From IMG/VR virus record IMGVR_UViG_3300007512_000031, positions 2,328 through 66,327 of that record: DNA of 64,000 bases; one strand, written 5' to 3'. Shown piece by piece: positions 19,076 to 27,821 of the stretch. The notes under the pieces were generated by a model. That model was not told the origin of the DNA. It ran no database searches and was given only the letters and a program-made list of their open reading frames with translations. Source of the stretch: a virus. The translations under genes and the position numbers were made by a program. Numbering within the stretch: the first letter of the stretch is position 1; the number at the start of each line of letters is the position of its first letter.

Positions 19076-19546
19076 TTACTCCATAACATTATCATATAAA
19101 GATTGCAATGTTTCTAAAATCCATGCATTATAATTAACATCTGGATGTATGTTTCCATCATCAATTATATCTTTAAGTTTTTTCTTTGCTTTGTTAAGAT
19201 ATTTTATAGGGAGATAATAACCCACACCTTCACCCGGCACAGCAATTATATCACCTCCTTCTTTTCCCCAATTTACTAAAATATTTAAAATATGATTCCA
19301 ATCGTCTAAATCTGCACTTACAAATCCTTTAGCAAAAAATGGTATGCTATCTTTTATAATATTAATAATAGTATCTTTTGTGACGGACAATACATTATCC
19401 ATTTCATTTGGCGGAATATCCTTTACATTATATGGAATTTCTGAACCATCAGACATAATCTTAATAAGTCTACCATCGGGACCCACAGTAGATTGCATAT
19501 GTGTAATAGGAGGCAAAGATTCTAATAATTGTTTATATGATTTCAT
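19076..19546 (-). CDS. Hypothetical protein with a leader resembling the T4 capsid-targeting sequence
   Basis: N-terminus MKSYKQLLES resembles the T4 internal-protein CTS MKTYQEFIAE; inserted between gp15 and gp16. Confidence 0.7.
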   Translation of the reverse strand: MKSYKQLLESLPPITHMQSTVGPDGRLIKIMSDGSEIPYNVKDIPPNEMDNVLSVTKDTIINIIKDSIPFFAKGFVSADLDDWNHILNILVNWGKEGGDIIAVPGEGVGYYLPIKYLNKAKKKLKDIIDDGNIHPDVNYNAWILETLQSLYDNVME

Positions 19547-19558
19547 TTAATTTATTCC

Positions 19559-20389
19559 TTATGGGTTTGTATTATATGTATTCCCTGCATGGTCCATCGA
19601 AGCACCAAATACCCATTTAATATTATCTGAACTATAATCATCTATTGATGAAGATGCACCAGAAGGTCCAGTAACATATGTTTGTATGGTAGACAATGCA
19701 CCAGTTGCACCCGACAATCCACCACTTCCTGTAAATGCTTCAACATCCCAGAATGTGTTGTTGACAGTTTTTATTATCTTAGATGTCTTAACTGGACCAT
19801 AAACATAAGATTTTGCAATAAATTCAAAATCAAAATTAATATTTCTTCTAGTATCAAAATCTCCCTCATAATCTTCTGTAATTGAAGATGATTGTAATAT
19901 AATTGGAACATCAATGCTTTGGTGTAAACTGTTCATGTTTATTGTGACATTAAATTCTGGTGTGAAATATGGTAAAATTTGTTCTACAATTTGAAGACCA
20001 TCATCCATGTGTCGAACAAACGCAGATAACCTAAAAGAAAAATTATAAGGAACTTCTGCATAATCAAATGAAGTGCTGGATACTCCAGTAGAATCACTTA
20101 AAAATCGTTTACTCAGAGTATTTCGTTTTCTTTGTGCATCATAATCCATAGAAGTCAATTCAAAACCAAGACGAGGAAGTGTCATTTCAACTTTTACACC
20201 ATCAGATATAGAACTTCCTTCATATATTCTACGAATAAACTTTTCTTTTGGTCCATATGCAATAGGAATTTTAACTTTTTCCTTTGTAGAACCATCTGCA
20301 TTTTTTCTGGTGACATATATGTCATTAAAAAGAGAACCAAATGCAATTACTACATTTCTTACTGAATTATGATAAAATGTTGTAAACAT
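19559..20389 (-). CDS. gp15: Tail sheath stabilizer gp15
   Basis: FYHNSVRNVVIAFGSLFNDI, IPIAYGPKEKF, LPRLGFE, DDGLQIVEQILPYFTP, DYEGDFDTRR. Confidence 0.95.
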   Translation of the reverse strand: MFTTFYHNSVRNVVIAFGSLFNDIYVTRKNADGSTKEKVKIPIAYGPKEKFIRRIYEGSSISDGVKVEMTLPRLGFELTSMDYDAQRKRNTLSKRFLSDSTGVSSTSFDYAEVPYNFSFRLSAFVRHMDDGLQIVEQILPYFTPEFNVTINMNSLHQSIDVPIILQSSSITEDYEGDFDTRRNINFDFEFIAKSYVYGPVKTSKIIKTVNNTFWDVEAFTGSGGLSGATGALSTIQTYVTGPSGASSSIDDYSSDNIKWVFGASMDHAGNTYNTNP

Positions 20390-20400
20390 GAGTGTTCCTT

Positions 20401-21336
20401 TTATAATCCTTCACTGAAAGGATCAGTTTCTGTAAAATCAAAGATAGAATCTGCTTGTAATTCTAAATCATCCGAATCGTCATAATCATCAGCAATAACA
20501 ACCGTTCTTATTGCTGGGTCTAGTGTGTTTCCTGCATAATAGAATGTATCAGAACTTGCACCACTAATACCTTCAGTAGAACTTACACCAACAGACAATC
20601 CTGTAGCACCAGAAGGTCCTGCAACCGTAAGAAGTTTATATCCAGCACCAGAAGGTCCTGCTGTTCCTGCTGTAACCCAATTCAATACAGTAGCATACCA
20701 AGATGCACTCACACCGTTAGGTCCAAACCCAGCAGTTCCTTGATAAACATATTCACCAACACTATAGTCAGAAGTAAATCCACCAGTAACATAAATGTTG
20801 AATGCAACATCTTCAGCAATTTCTACAATCTTATCAATATCAGTGAATCCAGTAGTGAAATCTTCTTCACTATATTCGAACAATTCACAAGAAAGTTTAT
20901 AACTATACAATCTACCCAATTGATAAAATGGATTTTCGTGTTCTACAAATTTGATTTCAAAAAGACCTTTTGAAAGAGGAAGATAAATTAAATCTCCTTC
21001 TCTTGGTCGATTTATTGCTGATTCATGTGAAAGGTTTTTTGAAAATATCTTTTTAGAAACTATAAATTCTACAGTATCTTTTATTTGAATACCAAACTTA
21101 GAAGCAAAATCACCCTCACCTTCAAATCCATCTACACTAGAAATATACATTTCCATACCAATACCTTGTTCAAAATTAGAAATGGTATCTTCGCCAAACA
21201 AGAAATCACGATTTACTAATGTTCTTGGAATGTAGATAACATCATGACCATATATTTGAATTGTTTCGATTGTCAAATCTTCAACAAGGTCTTGTTCTGA
21301 TTTTACTTGATGTCTAAAAAACTTATTAGTTGCCAT
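20401..21336 (-). CDS. gp14: Neck protein gp14
   Basis: EQDLVEDL, YIPRTLV, SKFGIQI, RPREGDLIYLP, FEIKFVEHENPFYQLG, DFTETDPFSE. Confidence 0.95.
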   Translation of the reverse strand: MATNKFFRHQVKSEQDLVEDLTIETIQIYGHDVIYIPRTLVNRDFLFGEDTISNFEQGIGMEMYISSVDGFEGEGDFASKFGIQIKDTVEFIVSKKIFSKNLSHESAINRPREGDLIYLPLSKGLFEIKFVEHENPFYQLGRLYSYKLSCELFEYSEEDFTTGFTDIDKIVEIAEDVAFNIYVTGGFTSDYSVGEYVYQGTAGFGPNGVSASWYATVLNWVTAGTAGPSGAGYKLLTVAGPSGATGLSVGVSSTEGISGASSDTFYYAGNTLDPAIRTVVIADDYDDSDDLELQADSIFDFTETDPFSEGL

Positions 21337-21339
21337 TTA

Positions 21340-22083
21340 TCATCCTACCATAAAATCTGGTGGAAGTTCGTACATCAATTGTACATTTTCTTCTATCTTA
21401 TCAATTTCGGTTTGTGCTTGTTCTAATAATTCTCTGCCGTTGAAAGTAACCCCACCAGGCAATTGAATCCCTTCAAATTTTGAAAGGTTGGATGCCCATT
21501 GTTTTTTAAATAATGCAGTTACATAATTTTTAAGTAATCTGTCTTTATAAATTTCGGGATAAGTTTCTGGGTTTAATACAAGATAACCTTCTGCAACAAT
21601 ATAATCACCAACATTAAATTCTTCACTCCAGTCAGTATCAATTTTCAATTGATTTGTTACTCGACTAAATCTAATTGCTTTTTCAGGAGAAAGAATATCT
21701 TGAATAAGAGAAAGATGTCTTTTTGTGATATCATATTGTATCATTGATTGGTTTGGATTTCTTAATCCATAAAAATCATTAAGTGCCATTTGATATCGTA
21801 CATCGAACAAGTTCACTGTACCTTCACTTAATTGAAAGATTTTTGTAATTGAAATGATGTCATCTGAAATTGTAATATATTCATTGTCAATATCAGTTTG
21901 GGTCATTTCATGTTTTAGATATGTTCTCTCAACACCGTCAAAATGATATTCTGCGAAGAACTGTAGTGCATCGTCAATTCGATCTTCAAGTTGCGAGTCA
22001 TCGACATTGATTTCAATGACTGGCGCACCTAATCTTCTAAGTGCGAATTCTTTGAGTGTTGCTCTTGATGTTGGCTGTGCCAT
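21340..22083 (-). CDS. gp13: Neck protein gp13
   Basis: LRRLGAPVIEINVDD, YHFDG, QWASNLSKFEGIQLPGGVTFNG, YELPPDFMVG. Confidence 0.96.
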   Translation of the reverse strand: MAQPTSRATLKEFALRRLGAPVIEINVDDSQLEDRIDDALQFFAEYHFDGVERTYLKHEMTQTDIDNEYITISDDIISITKIFQLSEGTVNLFDVRYQMALNDFYGLRNPNQSMIQYDITKRHLSLIQDILSPEKAIRFSRVTNQLKIDTDWSEEFNVGDYIVAEGYLVLNPETYPEIYKDRLLKNYVTALFKKQWASNLSKFEGIQLPGGVTFNGRELLEQAQTEIDKIEENVQLMYELPPDFMVG

Positions 22084-22194
22084 AGTTCAAATTCCTCTGG
22101 TCTATTTTTGCGTTTCTTTTTATATGTATAACTACGACAGCACTGCCTTGGTTTGGTTTTGCCTTTTGGTCGGGTATATTTCTTTTTAGATATT

Positions 22195-22470
22195 TTACTT
22201 TTCTCCTGTTTTTGAATCCAATTCTAGTTGATCCTTCAAATAAAACAATTCTCTGAGAGAATCAATGTACATATCTCCTTTTTTCCAAGGAAATTGCCCA
22301 CCTATTTGATTTTTTCCTGTTGAAAGATAATGCTTTCTTCCTTGGATATAATGTCTAGAAATACACCCATTTGGTAAAGAATATTCTGGGTCGAATGTTG
22401 TTAAAATATTTATATCGAAAGCATAGTCATCTATTTGGATTTTGTTATCAATATGTCTGAATATGCTCAT
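22195..22470 (-). CDS. Hypothetical protein (about 91 aa)
   Basis: Probable start MSIFRH at 22470, an ATGA overlap with the upstream stop, rather than the 22641 start in the ORF track. Confidence 0.6.
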   Translation of the reverse strand: MSIFRHIDNKIQIDDYAFDINILTTFDPEYSLPNGCISRHYIQGRKHYLSTGKNQIGGQFPWKKGDMYIDSLRELFYLKDQLELDSKTGEK

Positions 22471-23855
22471 GTTCGTTTTGCATTTGGTCTGAAAGACATT
22501 CCAGATTCTATTAAATATGGATTCTGAGTACTTTGTGGAGTTGTGTCGTGTGCCCCAACAGCAATATTCCATGTGTCGTCTAATGTATAGTGTTGTAACA
22601 CATTGAGTCTGTTGCTTGTTCCGTTTCTTTTTACAACCCATAAACCTTCTTTGACTGCGTTATAAGCGGCGGTAATAGTTTCATTCGGTCCACCTCTTTG
22701 ATCATTTCTATTTACCATCAACCACAGAGAATCCTTTCCGTGTATAGTTTGTCCGTAAATATCACAACATCCAGAATCTGCACCCATAAAGTTTCCTTGT
22801 TTGAGAGTATATCCCATTTGGTTCATAAAATTTGAAAGTGGTAATTCATTATTATAATGCATTATGGTTCGATTATTAATTCCACCATTCAAAGGAGAAT
22901 CTACACGAAATGTACTATGAACATAATAAGTTGAAGGGTCTGGATATCCACCACTTCCATGATTTACTACATCACTACCACCGGCAGATGTTGACCAATA
23001 CAGAATTGCTCTACCATAATATAAATTTCCTTGAGAATCTAATGCACACCAACCTTCACCTTGATCAACTTGATTAGAGCCGTTTCCCAAAAGAGCAATT
23101 TGTTTCCATGCAGAAGTAGTACTAGACTCACCACCACCTTCGTCTGCTCCTGCTGCCCATGAATCTGTGTCTTCATAATAGTTATTGTTGATGCTTTCAT
23201 CATCTGTATCTAAACGAAGAATATAATTTTTATGTTGTTGCCCTGTGTCTCCGTCAAGTCCCCATGGTCCACCATACGGAAAGCAGCCAGTGAGACAAAT
23301 AATACTACTTGCTTTTCTGTTTGTATCATAATCACTTGATTCTGGAGAAGCATAAGAAAATCCACTTAAAACTCCAGGCCAATTATTAGTATTTCCTCCA
23401 CCTACATCTGGGTCGGTTTGACCTTGCTTTATGATTTTTCTGTTCCATATTTTTGTTGTAACATCAGTACCTGATGCATTTAATTTGTTTGCCCACATAA
23501 CTTGTTTTCTGTATGTTGCATATGTGTCGTTTACTGGGCTCCAACCAGCAGTAATTAAAAATACATCTCTTGAAATAAAAGTTAAACCACCATAACTTTC
23601 AACTGGATGTGCATCTGATGGATGAGAATATGTACCTACTAAATCTTTTACTAATTCTAGACCAATAGTTCCATTGTGATTGTTACTTCCATCTCGATTG
23701 AATATTATCTTATAAAGTTTACAAGATTTTGCTGCATCGGCAATTCCGTTATCTCCATTAAAAACAGATCCTACAAAATAATAAAGTTCTGGATCACCAT
23801 ATTCGTCCAAAACCCAACCATATGGGTCTTGCATGTTTGTACCAAGTCCAATCAT
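22467..23855 (-). CDS. Hypothetical beta-rich protein, possible fibre tip or receptor-binding module
   Basis: 462 aa, Gly/Asn/Trp/Tyr-rich, directly downstream of the fibre genes; no family recognised. Confidence 0.55.
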   Translation of the reverse strand: MIGLGTNMQDPYGWVLDEYGDPELYYFVGSVFNGDNGIADAAKSCKLYKIIFNRDGSNNHNGTIGLELVKDLVGTYSHPSDAHPVESYGGLTFISRDVFLITAGWSPVNDTYATYRKQVMWANKLNASGTDVTTKIWNRKIIKQGQTDPDVGGGNTNNWPGVLSGFSYASPESSDYDTNRKASSIICLTGCFPYGGPWGLDGDTGQQHKNYILRLDTDDESINNNYYEDTDSWAAGADEGGGESSTTSAWKQIALLGNGSNQVDQGEGWCALDSQGNLYYGRAILYWSTSAGGSDVVNHGSGGYPDPSTYYVHSTFRVDSPLNGGINNRTIMHYNNELPLSNFMNQMGYTLKQGNFMGADSGCCDIYGQTIHGKDSLWLMVNRNDQRGGPNETITAAYNAVKEGLWVVKRNGTSNRLNVLQHYTLDDTWNIAVGAHDTTPQSTQNPYLIESGMSFRPNAKRT

Positions 23856-23856
23856 T

Positions 23857-25830
23857 TTATGAGAAATCCTCTGCCCAAGTACATAAGAATTTTGTGGAAG
23901 ACATGCATACCATAGAAACTACAACAGTACTATTTGCTCTTATTAAGTTTGGTGAAATTCCGTTAGCAAATTTATAATTTTCATTCCATGTTAATCCTCT
24001 TGTACTCGAACCAGAATTTTCTAGTACCAGAACATACATTGCACCAGATTTTGCATTTGCAGCAATAGGTGTTGCAATTGTAACATCACCACTATTTTGC
24101 TTCCAATAAGAAACATTTCCGTTACTAAAGTCTGGAGTAAATGTAGCAGAAGTCTGTTGGGTAGGTAGTGTAGAATATATTTGTCCTGTGGCAGATATAT
24201 CCGCTCCACAATCAATATTGCCGGTGACACCCACCGTACTTGAAAAATCTGCTGCTTGAAGCATATCAACTCTGTTATCATAAACACGCACACTATTGAC
24301 AGAGTTTGACCCAAGAATCAACGGATGATCCGTTATTGTTCTAACATATGTATTTGTGTCACCAGACCAAATGTCTAATTTGGCAGAATTAGTTGTATCT
24401 TCTAATCTAATTTTTGGTGAGTTTGTCTTTTTAATGTGTATGTCAGTATTTGCATTATTTGTACCTATACCCAATCTAATATTAGATGTGCTGATTCTGA
24501 AAGAATTTTCAAAATTGTCTACATCACTTGAATTAGAAGGATATGAGTCAAACAACCGCAAGTTTCTATAATTGTCAACACCAGCAGTTGTACCATATAC
24601 AACAATGTCACCGGGAGTGGGTGTCGGTGTTGTATGGTCTGTGATACCATCATCGTTTGTACTAACTTCTCCAATAAGTGCTGCATTAGCCATTGAAGAT
24701 ATTCTTGTAAGATAATGTGTTGACAGATACGGTTGCCGCAAGTTTGCGTTTCCATTTCCTGCTGATTTATACACCCATGTACCAGAACCGCTGTCTAGAA
24801 TTTGTACAGTATCTGCATCTTCTTGTCCACCCTGTTGTCCAGCAGTGTACCCGTCAAATGTACCATATGCATCACCAGCACCAAGAGTAGTTCTTGCTCG
24901 TAAATCTGGAGTCTTTGCTGCCGTAACTGTTCTACTATTTACAGTATATGCGGTACTCCCAACTGTCAGGTCGGAAGTATCATAATCCAAACCGTGCGGA
25001 TATCCTGTATTATCTGTTGCAGTTTCCCCACCACCAGTATTTCCAAGCAAAATATCTGGGTCAAGAATAATAGAACCAGTTGTTCCCGTTTCCGTATATG
25101 AAATAATACTAGATTTTACTTGAGTTTGAGTGCTACTCACTGTTTGTGATGCAGTATTTCCTGCATCAAATGAACTACCAGTATCACCGCCATGTGTGAT
25201 AATTAGTTCGACAAAATATCCAAATTTTGTTCCGACTGCTGTATAATACTCTGGAAATCCTACAGTATCTACAGTTCCACCATCACAAAGTTTCCAACCA
25301 TCTGGAATGTTGTATGTTTCACCACCATACGGAATGATTTCACCAACGGGATGAACGGTAGAAAGACTTACAGTATTTTCACCACCAACTACTGTACCAA
25401 CAAAGTTAGTTACAAGACCAATATCATCATTCGCACCACTTACCAAAGTAACAACAGGTTTTACAACATTACCACCATTTGTAGGTGCATATGAAGTAAG
25501 ACCACCCGAATTGGATGTATCCAAGAACCAAACATCAGCACCAGTTATACCACCACCATTATTAGTAATAAAACCAGAGGTATCAATTTCACCCTGATAA
25601 ACAATTACAAAATCATTTAGTCCTACACTTTCAACTACACCAACAACTTCAGCACTAGTAACACCATTTGCTTGTGCTAATTTGAATTCACCAGTGTTTC
25701 CTGCTGCATTTTGTTCATATCTTAAAACGCTACCCGCGGAAAATCCATGACCTATTTGTGTTTTGGTTGCACGGGTAGATTTACCGTCAGAACCAATCCC
25801 ACTACTTAAATTAAATGCTGAACCTGCCAT
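23857..25830 (-). CDS. Tail fibre protein with phage tail-collar domain
   Basis: HPVGEIIPYGG..PDGWKLCDG...TPDLRARTTLGAG...QPYL collar motif, RLGIGT fibre repeat, and a C-terminal beta-sandwich. Confidence 0.8.
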   Translation of the reverse strand: MAGSAFNLSSGIGSDGKSTRATKTQIGHGFSAGSVLRYEQNAAGNTGEFKLAQANGVTSAEVVGVVESVGLNDFVIVYQGEIDTSGFITNNGGGITGADVWFLDTSNSGGLTSYAPTNGGNVVKPVVTLVSGANDDIGLVTNFVGTVVGGENTVSLSTVHPVGEIIPYGGETYNIPDGWKLCDGGTVDTVGFPEYYTAVGTKFGYFVELIITHGGDTGSSFDAGNTASQTVSSTQTQVKSSIISYTETGTTGSIILDPDILLGNTGGGETATDNTGYPHGLDYDTSDLTVGSTAYTVNSRTVTAAKTPDLRARTTLGAGDAYGTFDGYTAGQQGGQEDADTVQILDSGSGTWVYKSAGNGNANLRQPYLSTHYLTRISSMANAALIGEVSTNDDGITDHTTPTPTPGDIVVYGTTAGVDNYRNLRLFDSYPSNSSDVDNFENSFRISTSNIRLGIGTNNANTDIHIKKTNSPKIRLEDTTNSAKLDIWSGDTNTYVRTITDHPLILGSNSVNSVRVYDNRVDMLQAADFSSTVGVTGNIDCGADISATGQIYSTLPTQQTSATFTPDFSNGNVSYWKQNSGDVTIATPIAANAKSGAMYVLVLENSGSSTRGLTWNENYKFANGISPNLIRANSTVVVSMVCMSSTKFLCTWAEDFS

Positions 25831-25842
25831 TTATACCTCCAA

Positions 25843-26172
25843 TTATCCTCCACCATCGTGGATTACACCATGTATGAAAGAGGGCACAATATTTGTTCCC
25901 GCCGCGTCTTCTATTTCAAGAGTTAGTCCACTTGCTCCTCTGGCGGAAATACTAACATTTGCAAAAGATGAATGTTCTGCTGTAAAAATAGCCGAGTATG
26001 CGGTATTTCCTAAACCATGTGCAACATGATAAGTCCCACTTCCTCCGTATGATGCAGTTACACCACCCAATAAATTATCTGTAGTTATAGCGGCTCCAGT
26101 TCCATTAAACATAAAACAATGTCTTGGACCTACACCAACATATGCTCTTGCACTTTGATTACTACTACCCAT
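25843..26172 (-). CDS. Small fibre-associated protein
   Basis: GTYHVAHGLGNTAYSA resembles the C-terminal domain (GSYEITHSFGTANYSV) of the upstream fibre gene. Confidence 0.6.
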   Translation of the reverse strand: MGSSNQSARAYVGVGPRHCFMFNGTGAAITTDNLLGGVTASYGGSGTYHVAHGLGNTAYSAIFTAEHSSFANVSISARGASGLTLEIEDAAGTNIVPSFIHGVIHDGGG

Positions 26173-27600
26173 TTATAATACATCCTTTGCTAATAAAACA
26201 TCTAATGCACAATCTGTACTTGATCCAGATGAGTTAAGCGTGAAAAGTTTACAACTGTTTTCGCCTGTTACTCCAACCATTGCAAATCCAACAGTAGAAC
26301 CAACCACACTGCCAACAACAGAATAATTTGCTGTTCCAAAACTATGGGTAATCTCATACGATCCTGTATTGCTTCTGGCACAAGTAATGCCAGATGAACT
26401 ATGAAGATTAGTACCATCCGCACCTATACTAATTCGTCTCATAGTTGGTGCATTAGAATCTGTTTCTGCTGCAATCTTAGCACCAACATATTGAAGTACA
26501 TATCCTGCTGTGTCCCCCATACCAATAAGCATAGGTTTTCTAATTTTACCTGCAACCACAGATTCTACAGATGATATTCTACCACTAGTGCTACCAGTTG
26601 ATAGGAAATATACCGTACCAACTCCTAGTGTAGCACCCGCAGTTCCTAATGCAGTTCCAAAATCACCGTGAATTTCTCCTTGCATTGTAACAACTACTTG
26701 ATTTGCATTTGGAACTTCTGATACAATACCAAACACTTCTGCTTCTTCTTTTGAATTTGCATTTGCAAGGGTAAATCCGTTACCACCAGTACCAAGTCGT
26801 ACAGATTGACCGAAGGTTAATCCGTGTGCAACTTGTGTCGTAAGTTTTTTGTTCACACCATCGTAAATTCGTACCATACCATCTTCGTCAAGATGGACGC
26901 CGTGTGTTATCCCAACGCCACCAGTAGACATATGCGAGAGTTTCATTGAATCGGTTATATATGCACCCTGACCAGAACTTGGACCACTCGCAGTCGTCAA
27001 CATAAATCCTGCGCCATCTGGTTTTTGTGTGCTTGTTCCACTATGGAATCGAATAGTATTATCATTTGCTAAAAATCCAACACCACCAGTGAGTGCAATA
27101 TAGTTGTTACTAAACCAAGCACCCGATGAACCTATTGCTGTTGGATATGTAACACCCGAACCAAAAGTGAAACCTTTCCATAACCATTCGACTGTTGCAC
27201 CAGCACCACCACTGTCTAATAATCTGGTGATAAGAATACCACCACCACCACTTTGACCGATATTATGGTCTGCTGTTCCTGAATCATCTTCACCGACAGC
27301 ACCAAGTACAAGATTATAGTCATCAACTGTCAATTCAACAGAATTGATTTTTGTAATAGTTCCATTAAATCGGACATCGCCTTGGAAAGTAATGCCATGA
27401 GGAATTTCATTTGATACTGCAATATCAATTTGACCATTACTGTTTGCATTCGCACTAATACCGTCAGAAGCAGTAATAGAATAAACTTTCATCAAATTGA
27501 GTTTTCTAATAATAGAGTCATTGGTAACATTCAACCACTCGTAAAAGGTGTCACCTAAAACTAGGTCAGGAATTTGATATGTATTAGTGGTAACTGGCAT
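26173..27600 (-). CDS. Tail fibre / baseplate-attached fibre protein
   Basis: N-terminal DTFYEWLNVTN baseplate-attachment-like motif; central domain paralogous to the N-terminus of 23857-25830. Confidence 0.7.
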   Translation of the reverse strand: MPVTTNTYQIPDLVLGDTFYEWLNVTNDSIIRKLNLMKVYSITASDGISANANSNGQIDIAVSNEIPHGITFQGDVRFNGTITKINSVELTVDDYNLVLGAVGEDDSGTADHNIGQSGGGGILITRLLDSGGAGATVEWLWKGFTFGSGVTYPTAIGSSGAWFSNNYIALTGGVGFLANDNTIRFHSGTSTQKPDGAGFMLTTASGPSSGQGAYITDSMKLSHMSTGGVGITHGVHLDEDGMVRIYDGVNKKLTTQVAHGLTFGQSVRLGTGGNGFTLANANSKEEAEVFGIVSEVPNANQVVVTMQGEIHGDFGTALGTAGATLGVGTVYFLSTGSTSGRISSVESVVAGKIRKPMLIGMGDTAGYVLQYVGAKIAAETDSNAPTMRRISIGADGTNLHSSSGITCARSNTGSYEITHSFGTANYSVVGSVVGSTVGFAMVGVTGENSCKLFTLNSSGSSTDCALDVLLAKDVL

Positions 27601-27821
27601 TATTTAATTCTCTTTACAATGGTTTCTAACATAGTTTTAATTTCATCCAATTCTTCTCTAATAGTATTTATCTCTTTTTCGTGAGTTTCAATTCGTTTAG
27701 TTTTTTCTTTTCTTTTCTTCCATGCTTCTAATGCTTCTAAATTTGTATTTAGTACTGCTTTAGAATGTGAATCTCTCACCAAATCTTCATTGTTATTTAT
27801 AGAAATAAATTCAGACATCAT
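27600..27821 (-). CDS. Conserved small T4-like hypothetical protein
   Basis: LVRDSHSKAVLNTN plus a coiled coil, typical of the gene following the VrlC-like gene. Confidence 0.7.
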   Translation of the reverse strand: MMSEFISINNNEDLVRDSHSKAVLNTNLEALEAWKKRKEKTKRIETHEKEINTIREELDEIKTMLETIVKRIK

